Part shown: piece by piece, positions 38,190 through 46,700 of the stretch
How positions within the stretch are numbered: the stretch's first letter is position 1
How the letters are laid out: the number at the start of each line of letters is the position of its first letter
Virus record (IMG/VR): IMGVR_UViG_3300026518_000011
Coordinates: 1 to 64,000 of that record
Reading direction: 5' to 3' (one strand)
Length of the DNA stretch: 64,000 nt
DNA from: a virus
The notes under the pieces: model-generated
What the model was told of the DNA's origin: nothing
Seen by the model: the letters and a program-made list of their open reading frames with translations, nothing else
Databases searched by the model: none
Program-made: the position numbers and the translations under genes

Positions 38190-38211
38190 AATAATCCTTT
38201 CTGAAATAATA

Positions 38212-38243
38212 ATAATGGCCTATGAATTACCATAGGCCATTAT
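38212..38243 (-). terminator. 13-bp hairpin
   Basis: ATAATGGCCTATG/CATAGGCCATTAT followed by T-rich sequence on the minus strand. Confidence 0.6.
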
Positions 38244-38265
38244 GGGTGTCAATGAACAAAAAGTA

Positions 38266-38931
38266 TTATTCAGGACGATCTGCTTCAACCACAACTACTG
38301 ATGGTTCTGCAGAACCATCAGTAGTTGCCGCAGATTTCTTCTTAGTACCACGCCTCCGTGGCGCTCGTTTAGGTGCAGGTTTTTTGGCAGGTGCATCCAT
38401 GGCAGTCAACTTCTCAAGGATAGCCTGCTGAGTAGCAGCAAGGGCGGTCAGGGCATCTACCATGGCAGTATCTGCTGGCACAGATGCCGGTGCGGGAATA
38501 GCAGCGGGGGTCACAGTGTCGGGGGCCACAGGGTCAGGGGCGATGGTTTTAGGCTCAATACTTTCCCCATACCCACTGAACAGTGCTTTTTGAGATGGAT
38601 CGTAGAAGTTGATTTCCTTCATCGTAAGTTTACGTACCTGTGACGAACGACCAGTCACGCCCTGCCGAATCAAATGGGTTTGCCAATCCACACCACTAGG
38701 GTGATGGGTGGTTTCCAATATTGATTTCCCACTCGTCCCTAGCAGGTAGTCTTGTCCTTGAGCAGCATCACTCAATGCGATCTGTTTCAATGACTGTGAT
38801 TCACTCGCAGGCATGGCTGAGGGGAATGCCACCAGCACCTCATTACTGGTTGCTCGATGACCCAACAGGATCACCTCTTCCCCACTTGGACTAATCGTTG
38901 CAAAGTGGCGGGATTTTGTCTCATTACTCAT
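38266..38931 (-). CDS. hypothetical protein with a Pro/Ala linker and basic tail
   Basis: GAGG RBS before MSNE; overlaps the upstream stop. Confidence 0.7.
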   Translation of the reverse strand: MSNETKSRHFATISPSGEEVILLGHRATSNEVLVAFPSAMPASESQSLKQIALSDAAQGQDYLLGTSGKSILETTHHPSGVDWQTHLIRQGVTGRSSQVRKLTMKEINFYDPSQKALFSGYGESIEPKTIAPDPVAPDTVTPAAIPAPASVPADTAMVDALTALAATQQAILEKLTAMDAPAKKPAPKRAPRRRGTKKKSAATTDGSAEPSVVVVEADRPE

Positions 38932-39202
38932 TGGCAGGAACCTCAACATCATTAGCGGCTTGAGCAGCAGCTTGAGCAGCGGCTTGTTGCTGTCGTAGTT
39001 TCATCACTTCATCATCGAAGTTCTTACCCGTGGCTTTTTCAATCGCGCCTACCAGTGAGCTTCGGCATTTACCTACAACCTCAAACTCATTAGGCTGGAT
39101 AACACCAGATGCAGCAGACTTTTCCATCAGTTGTAGGGCGATCCACGCATCCTGTACGGTCATTCCATCCAATGATGTGGCCTGTTCTTTCTCGTCAAAC
39201 AT
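38924..39202 (-). CDS. small hypothetical protein
   Basis: GAGGA RBS; T..D...A...G.I...E...VG pattern; late promoter at 39271. Confidence 0.7.
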   Translation of the reverse strand: MFDEKEQATSLDGMTVQDAWIALQLMEKSAASGVIQPNEFEVVGKCRSSLVGAIEKATGKNFDDEVMKLRQQQAAAQAAAQAANDVEVPANE

Positions 39203-39354
39203 ATATAATCCTCGCAGTTTGTTAAACGTATATCACAACAATCAATAGGTTGATCATTTTGATGCACGAGTATTTAGGCAACTGCGCATTTAATTTGGTT
39301 ATATTTGACGAGATTTCATATTTATGGCGCAAGTTTTTTACATAATAAATATTT

Positions 39355-39663
39355 TTACAATGGTTCAATAACTGCTCGTAGTGGATATTCATTATCGCGT
39401 GATAATGCTGCCACATATGAGATTTTGGTTTCAGCCACTTCCAGTGTGTAAACCCCCGCCACGGCCTTACCAGAGTGGTGGACTTGGCGGGTTAGCACAA
39501 TAGCCTCTTCTACGGATTTATGGAACACCTCAACGAATAACGTGGTGACATAATCCATGGGGGTAAAGTCGTCATTCAATATGACCACCACCCATTTTCG
39601 TGGTGCCTTATCCCGAGGCTCTAGTTCGGGCGGTCGATCTACTACTTCAATCGGATTTACCAT
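39355..39663 (-). CDS. clpS: ATP-dependent Clp protease adaptor ClpS
   Basis: VILNDDFTPMDYV...F...EEA.....VH..G.AV.G.Y..EVAETK...YPL....EP. Confidence 0.95.
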   Translation of the reverse strand: MVNPIEVVDRPPELEPRDKAPRKWVVVILNDDFTPMDYVTTLFVEVFHKSVEEAIVLTRQVHHSGKAVAGVYTLEVAETKISYVAALSRDNEYPLRAVIEPL

Positions 39664-39664
39664 A

Positions 39665-40900
39665 TTACCGGATCAGCTTTGACACAGCCGGTGAATTTTT
39701 TGCATTATTCAGACGATTATCCAGATCGGCCCGTAGTGATGGATAGAATTCATCTACTCTCCGCTCGTAGAACTTCCCACCCATTTGACAGCATGTATCG
39801 CCAACATATGTGTAATCGAATACGGTACGCTGCATTTGGGTGTCAATGTGAGCAGTGATAAACCCAAGGTTCCATCTACGTCCATCTGTATAACTGGCAT
39901 TGCGCTTATGCATACCACCAGTTTGGTGCCATTCAAAGCTCCCAAAAATAGGATTCATGTAGGTGGTCACATTGTGGGCATGGTGGTGCCCGTGGAACCC
40001 AGCACATGTCACACTGACCTGTTTGGGCGGATGATGACGAACCCATAGACTATTCCAGTATAGCCGTTCAGACTCCAGAACTTCTTTTTTCAACTGTGCA
40101 TCCGTAAACGCGAACAAATCGCCCTTGGCGATATAGTTGATATCGTATCGATCCAAACATAGGAGTTCACGAATCCCCATGTCATGGAATTCGCTGGCCA
40201 ACAGGGTGGCTAATCCGGCATTATTTTCCACAGTATGACGGGCGATTCGGGCCTCATGATTTCCTTCAATAAAATCAAATTGGCAATTAGGCCCAACGAC
40301 TTCTCGCATCTCCCCCATCATATCGTGGGCTTTATGCATACGCCCGATCATATCCCACTCACGGGGATCATCAAAATGTTTAGAAAATTCGGGGGCATCA
40401 AATAGATCACCATTGATAACCAACACATCCGGTTTGACCGCATGCAATTTTTCGATAAACATCCGATAGGCAAACGGGTCACATTCAACATCGTGTAAAT
40501 CCGACACGCCCATGACAACCTTATACCGTTCCCCATTTTCAGGACGTGTGTATATATCACCCCACGACAATCTTTCCTCAGACGCAGTGCGTAGATGGTC
40601 TACACGCGCATGTTTGCTACCCGCATTGATCAACTTACGAGCAGCAGCCGTAGTAGCGAACCCACACAATTCCTTAAACGCCCCCCAGTTCATGGGGAGT
40701 TTTTCCCACGGGTCGGTGATTCCGATTTCATTTTGCAGCTTAGCCCGCAGATAATTGCGGCTCATCGTATCGCCAGGATATTTTGCATCCAACTCTTTGG
40801 CATATGCTACAAGTTCATCAGTGGTTGGTAACGATGGGTCTTTGAACCAAACACTGTGCGGATTAGTGGGGGTCTTCTTAGGGTTCACCATGTTAGTCAA
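39665..40900 (-). CDS. calcineurin-like metallophosphoesterase
   Basis: SDLH, NGDLFD, EGNHE, HGHHH motifs. Confidence 0.85.
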   Translation of the reverse strand: MTNMVNPKKTPTNPHSVWFKDPSLPTTDELVAYAKELDAKYPGDTMSRNYLRAKLQNEIGITDPWEKLPMNWGAFKELCGFATTAAARKLINAGSKHARVDHLRTASEERLSWGDIYTRPENGERYKVVMGVSDLHDVECDPFAYRMFIEKLHAVKPDVLVINGDLFDAPEFSKHFDDPREWDMIGRMHKAHDMMGEMREVVGPNCQFDFIEGNHEARIARHTVENNAGLATLLASEFHDMGIRELLCLDRYDINYIAKGDLFAFTDAQLKKEVLESERLYWNSLWVRHHPPKQVSVTCAGFHGHHHAHNVTTYMNPIFGSFEWHQTGGMHKRNASYTDGRRWNLGFITAHIDTQMQRTVFDYTYVGDTCCQMGGKFYERRVDEFYPSLRADLDNRLNNAKNSPAVSKLIR

Positions 40901-40969
40901 TTCCTTATACTATATATCCAATATAATGCATCATCTAGCGGTTACAACCCCCTATGACCACTATATCTA

Positions 40970-41371
40970 TTAATCAATGTTTTCCATCGGGATATCCCAT
41001 GAATAATCCGATGGTTTTGCTGAATTGATTGCAGGCTTAGCAAATGGTTCATCGGGTTTAGTTGGCTCTTCGACGCGCTTACTCAAGATCATAGCAGCAC
41101 GTTGTTCCACCTGTTGGATGTAATGGACCAATGTTTTTGTTTGCTTCGACCCAATAGTAGCATGTTTCTGATAATTATCAAAAAGCTCCTGTCTCAGTTC
41201 CTGCAACTCGTTATACGTGCATTCATTGATAATTTTCTTTTTACCCATGATAGCTTGTTGTTCCGCCCGCAATTCTATCCCCTCGTCAATAGAATGTGAT
41301 GCCAGTAGAGATTGATTAATCTCTACTAATCTATTCCGGTCGCCACGGGATAAAAATGTTGGAGACAGCAT
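40970..41371 (-). CDS. hypothetical helical protein
   Basis: TAATG-coupled to the upstream gene. Confidence 0.65.
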   Translation of the reverse strand: MLSPTFLSRGDRNRLVEINQSLLASHSIDEGIELRAEQQAIMGKKKIINECTYNELQELRQELFDNYQKHATIGSKQTKTLVHYIQQVEQRAAMILSKRVEEPTKPDEPFAKPAINSAKPSDYSWDIPMENID

Positions 41372-41670
41372 TATGTGTTATCACCCATATTCTCAACAAA
41401 CAGACGATAATCATTGCAATAAAAATTGGCCATGGTATCCAATGTTACATGCTGTCCCACATAATTGGCATAGGTGCGGGCTTGCTCAATCGCATATGCC
41501 ATAGCGGGTCCAGTATCGGTGAACCCATTGCGCTCGTCCTCTCGTTGAGCATCATTGATACTAGAACTTGCGTCCAAAAACATAACACGGCCATCGAAGG
41601 TTTTATCAATCCGCAGTAGGTGCAGAACGCGCCCTCTATCGGTTTCGGTCACATATGTAGCAGCCATCAA
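41371..41670 (-). CDS. hypothetical protein
   Basis: AAGGA RBS, operon context. Confidence 0.65.
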   Translation of the reverse strand: MMAATYVTETDRGRVLHLLRIDKTFDGRVMFLDASSSINDAQREDERNGFTDTGPAMAYAIEQARTYANYVGQHVTLDTMANFYCNDYRLFVENMGDNT

Positions 41671-41680
41671 AGTGTTCCTT

Positions 41681-42400
41681 TTAGGTTAGGGAAATTGTAA
41701 TACCACCGACCATTTTATAGTCCGCATTATTGATACTAATGACATATCGGTGTGTTGCGGCAGTATCAATCGTCGTATATTGATCAGATGTGTATTTCGT
41801 TATTACTACAATGATCGGATGATCAGCAGTAATATAATAAGCATCGATGTTCCATGTAGAGTCCAATGCATATAGGTTTTGTGCAGCCACCAACGCCACC
41901 GCCCGAGGGTCGTGGTGATATCGACCACCTACAATAGAAGCACGAACCGCTATTCGTTGTGTAGAATCAAGGTAGGCACCATTAGTCACATTACCAGAAA
42001 CCGCCCCAATTGAAACAAACTCTAACGGAAGTGGTCTCAGTTGGTTCTGCACAAACGCCGTCAACCCGCTCTTCATTTGGGCCATAACATCAGCATCCGA
42101 TAGACCAGCCGATAAATTCGCCACACATTCCACATTCAAATTGACTGACACACTCGCTGACAACCGATACATATGAGAGGATTGGTCAGCGATAATCCCA
42201 CTCACTGCGGTATCTGGAGTAGCTCCATTTGCGGGTTGACCTTCACCTGTTGATGGTTGACCCGAATTCGCCACCCATCCCCCAGCATCAGATAGATATT
42301 TATCAACCAATACCACAGAACTATCATAGGTCTGCGATGGTAGTTTAGACATCAATAGGGTGGCAGTAGTAAGTTTCCAACCATTAAGGGTCAAGGCCAT
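41681..42400 (-). CDS. hypothetical (probable structural) protein
   Basis: Small-residue-rich ORF, TGATG-coupled, in a late operon. Confidence 0.65.
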   Translation of the reverse strand: MALTLNGWKLTTATLLMSKLPSQTYDSSVVLVDKYLSDAGGWVANSGQPSTGEGQPANGATPDTAVSGIIADQSSHMYRLSASVSVNLNVECVANLSAGLSDADVMAQMKSGLTAFVQNQLRPLPLEFVSIGAVSGNVTNGAYLDSTQRIAVRASIVGGRYHHDPRAVALVAAQNLYALDSTWNIDAYYITADHPIIVVITKYTSDQYTTIDTAATHRYVISINNADYKMVGGITISLT

Positions 42401-42933
42401 CAGATGCTCCTACCAATTCCGTCAAAAATCACATCAGCCCGAGGGTCATCAGATTTGTTTAACGCCCTGAGGCATTTGGTCAGCGATTGCTTAGTATTGA
42501 ACTGAACCAATGTGGAATTACCAACCTCTGAGTATACAAAGTCATTTGACTCAAGAAAACTTTTAAACGGCATGGGAAGCGTGATTGAGTATGGGTATTC
42601 CACACTCTCGGTGATCGATTTCATCGTGGGGCGCTTATACCCTTCCATGGTATTTCCCACAACACCCTGAGACGCCACAGATTGCCCGCCTATAGAGGTC
42701 TTCTTCTTTACCGTCACCACCTCCGTATCCTTGGGAGGTTGCCCTCCAGTGGCCGTAGAAATGGCCTGCCCCGCACTAGCTGCACTCACCGTAGTGGTGG
42801 TGTCAGATGTTGTAGAACCAAGGGCTGTATCTTTTACATCTACTTCGTAATCCGTCTCTTTAATTTTTTTACGTCTTTTCGCCATCATATGGTCCTCAAT
42901 GTAAAGTAACAAATCTAGCATCATGGGTATCAA
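42400..42933 (-). CDS. hypothetical protein (start probably ~42886-42889, MMAKRRKK)
   Basis: GAGGA RBS before MMAK; ITES motif. Confidence 0.65.
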   Translation of the reverse strand: MIPMMLDLLLYIEDHMMAKRRKKIKETDYEVDVKDTALGSTTSDTTTTVSAASAGQAISTATGGQPPKDTEVVTVKKKTSIGGQSVASQGVVGNTMEGYKRPTMKSITESVEYPYSITLPMPFKSFLESNDFVYSEVGNSTLVQFNTKQSLTKCLRALNKSDDPRADVIFDGIGRSI

Positions 42934-43243
42934 TACCTACACGTGCCATTGGGGTATTATTGTCATCATTCAGATAATACAAAAACCCTTTGGTATCATC
43001 TGGATCAACCTCAATAACCGTGGCATCAGGTATTTGGGATTCCAATAATTGATTCACTACCTGTTGGGTATATCCCATTGCGATTGGAAATGATGTAAAC
43101 GCCTGTGACACTAATGTCTCCCCAGCTTGAATAGTTCCATCATATATAGGATGTTCGTGATTGTATTCAACCACTATGGTAAAGAATATACCATCTGGTG
43201 GGTGATCCCCGTATATGATGCCACGATTAATCGCATCGTCCAT
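42896..43243 (-). CDS. hypothetical protein
   Basis: TAAGGA RBS. Confidence 0.65.
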   Translation of the reverse strand: MDDAINRGIIYGDHPPDGIFFTIVVEYNHEHPIYDGTIQAGETLVSQAFTSFPIAMGYTQQVVNQLLESQIPDATVIEVDPDDTKGFLYYLNDDNNTPMARVGIDTHDARFVTLH

Positions 43244-43252
43244 ATTTAATCC

Positions 43253-43639
43253 TTATTCGGAAAGCATTTCGTTAACCAGTGACTCCATCATAGATGTGGT
43301 CACTGCGGTTCTTGCTCTGGTCTGCGGCCCAGACGTTTTGGTAGGGGCCTGTATAATAGCAGTCCGTTTTGCCACAGGTCGCTGAAATCCATCATTTGGG
43401 TTCCACGAAAAAATGGGTGCTGCCCGTTTTCGTGGATTTACCGTAAATGTTTCTTTCTGATTATTTCGACTAATGGTGCCAACAAAATTGGGACCAACCC
43501 GATCCACACTAATCAGATATGGATAACCGGATTGATCTCGATCGATTTGCCCATCATGGTTAAGATCATCAAGTAGTGATTTAACCCGTGGATGGAGATC
43601 AAACACAACCGTTGCATATATACTTGGATATTCAGCCAT
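43253..43639 (-). CDS. late hypothetical protein
   Basis: AAGGGG RBS, late promoter at 43666. Confidence 0.7.
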   Translation of the reverse strand: MAEYPSIYATVVFDLHPRVKSLLDDLNHDGQIDRDQSGYPYLISVDRVGPNFVGTISRNNQKETFTVNPRKRAAPIFSWNPNDGFQRPVAKRTAIIQAPTKTSGPQTRARTAVTTSMMESLVNEMLSE

Positions 43640-43646
43640 TTCAACT

Positions 43647-43687
43647 ACCCCTTATGATTCCTCAGTATTTAGGGAACCACAAGGGGT
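43647..43687 (-). promoter_or_regulatory. 15-bp hairpin with the late promoter in its loop and the RBS in its 3' arm
   Basis: Minus strand ACCCCTTGTGGTTCC-CTAAATACTGA-GGAATCATAAGGGGT (two G-U pairs). Confidence 0.7.
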
Positions 43688-43703
43688 CATCCTTAGTGAA
43701 CAA

Positions 43704-46700
43704 TCATGAACATTTACTTGATCCACACTGTGTGCATTTCGAACACCCCTCAGAAAATACTATTTCTGTAGATTCGCAAATCTCACACACTGCACCATCG
43801 ATCACTTCACCATCCTTAACGTATGAGGACAGGAACTTTTTCACTTGAAACAGAAATGACCCTACGATGATATCATCAAGTTTATCTAATTCAAATACGA
43901 TATTCTTAATCAACACCCCGTGCCGAAGATTCAATGACACCACCCGAGCGATCTTAGATGAGTTACTGTCAGATGCAATCTTGCTCACAGTATTGTTGAT
44001 ATGAGTATCAGGGATGCCTTTATCCCTCGCCAACTCAAGCAGGGCATCAATTGCACTAGACGTCTGCACCGTTTTTTCGACCGCATTCGTATGCACGAAC
44101 AATGCCAATGGTTCAGTTTGGTCATGATTGTGTAATACCGTAAGATACCACTTACGCCCTTCTGCCCGCAACACTTTCATGGTGGCAGGAGAAGAGTCTG
44201 GCAGTTTAACATCATCCATGATGATTTCCTCATCACTACCAGCTTCAGATGGTGCCTCCGACAGAACCGACGTCATAGTCCCACTACGATAGGTTGTAAT
44301 CCCCTTGATATACTTTTCCTTATACGCATCGAGATAAACATCCTCGAATTGATCAAAAGGAAAATCATGTGGAAGATTCACAGTGTTATGAGACACCAAG
44401 CCATCAATGAGATACGTGTGGGTGTTTTCCACCTCAATATCATAGACCTCGTGTGGACCAATGGCTGATACACTGACAACTTTGACACCATACAAAGTAT
44501 CATCATATGGAATATCATGTTTATCTAAGAAATTACTTCTAACAAAATTATCGCGCTTCATACTATTGCGCATTGATCTCCTATCAGTGATTTCCTGTAT
44601 ACCATGACCAAAATTCGCCAAAATTTCATCCACCCGAGATTGGTCAATGTATCTCGGCCACACCCCATCTTTACATACTACCCTCTTATGGGCCTCCAGC
44701 GGAACAAATGGATGATTGCCATATACTGCACATGAGTATGCAGTATCGCTTAATACCCCCGTAGCTACATGCTTTTGGCCTTTATAGTAAGGTAATCCCA
44801 TGCCTGCGACCATTGTAGCTAACCCGTCTGCAATATTCTGCGAATACCCTTCATACAAAACTAGTTTCGTTGGAGGATTAAGATACCCATCTAGTGTAAT
44901 GCCGTTGATATATGCCCGTTGTATATGATGGGGAGATGCCAAAATTTGTGGGGGGATAATTTTTCCCACACACCCCTTCCCGAAATTTTCATTCAAATAT
45001 TTTACCAACGGGCGAGAATGAATAACGTGGGTTATCACCCCAGTTCGTTCATCTACACTATGCGCAGGTTTGACACCAAACAGAGACTCCATTAATGAAT
45101 CTGCAATTATACCTACAGACTCGTCCTTCTCTACAATACCAAAAGAATTCACGTTAGTAAAACCGTCTGCTGCAAACATTCCTAAAAAGGTAGCATACGA
45201 CTCCGTCATCACGGTGGGAACAGTCACCTTATTATATGTATGGTATGCAGAAAAATCCAATGATGGCATTGATATCATTGTTGCTTCATCTACGGATATA
45301 GCAGCGGCCTTAAATAGCACATAGCTGCCGACAGCCAATTCAGTGGGTTTCATGAACCCATGATCGGTTTTCAGTTTGTGATTTTCAGAGCATTTGATAG
45401 TTTGGCCATTGCTCATCGTAATTTCATAACACTCAGCAACGCCCCCATAATAATGTGAAGTTACCTTTTGATGATCCCCATTTTCATCACATACGTAATA
45501 CTCACGATTCGGGTCAATGAACGTGTCAGGTGCCTCAAAGCCATCAGAAAAATCCTCAATTGGAATAGCTCCGTGGTTTGTATTAATCATTGTTCCAGCA
45601 ACCACACACTTGCTTAGTGATGAATCTATCCACTTAGCAAACCCTTTCAGATCACTTACATGATCATCAGGTGTCAGAGACATCGCCGTAACAGCCCAGG
45701 TTGCGTCAGCATCCCATTCTCCACGATCCATTAACCACTTTACTCCATAATCGATGCACGGCACCTCTTTAGTCAATCCTCGGTTTCCGTCAATCTTATA
45801 CACCACGCCCTCATGCTCACCACGAAGAATATCCTCATCACCCTCTTTGGCCCATTTGAACAACTCAGTTTCATGCATCTCACCCTGCCAAAATTTAGGG
45901 GTACGCGACATTATAGAATCCGGCGTTTCATTTACAATAACGGTGCGGATATAGGATTGTGCAAAGATTGGTTCAATACCTCCTGACACCACATTAGAAA
46001 AAATAGAGGTATTCCCTGTAGGCTGGCATGACATCAATGCGGAATTGCGGATACCAACCCTGCGCAACTTATCCATATATTCATCAGATAGACCAATCAT
46101 TTTAATATACTGGGTATTCGCATGTTTCTCAGGATCACACCCAATAAACATACCTTTTTCCTCGGCCAGATCAATTGATGCTTCATGACAAGTGTGGGCA
46201 TAAGTCTTCATGATGAGTTCACGAAGTTCTGCTGCCTCATCAGATGCAAATTTGATTTTCATCATGTAGAGCATCGATGCCCATCCCATGATGCCACACC
46301 CAATACGGCGCTTCTCTCTCACATATTGTTCATACTCCGGCAATGGCAGTCTTGTATATGAATTTACATTATCCAAAAACCGAACCAACGTACGAACCAT
46401 GGTAGTGAATTTATCATAGTTGAATGTTCGATCTTCGTTTACGAATTGTGTTAAATTAATCGATCCTAAATCACAAGACCCACCAGGTGGTAGTAGTTGT
46501 TCACCGCAGTTATGAATCATCACCCCATTTGAATCAAATGCGTTAATACCAGGAACTTGACAGTCATATACGTCCATTACCCCGAGGTGTTCCATACCTT
46601 CGAATGTTGCTATTTTCTGTTTGCTATATGGCCCACGGGTATATTGTTCTAAGATCGCAACAGCCTTATTCTGTTTTTCGTAATCCTCAAATCCAATGGT

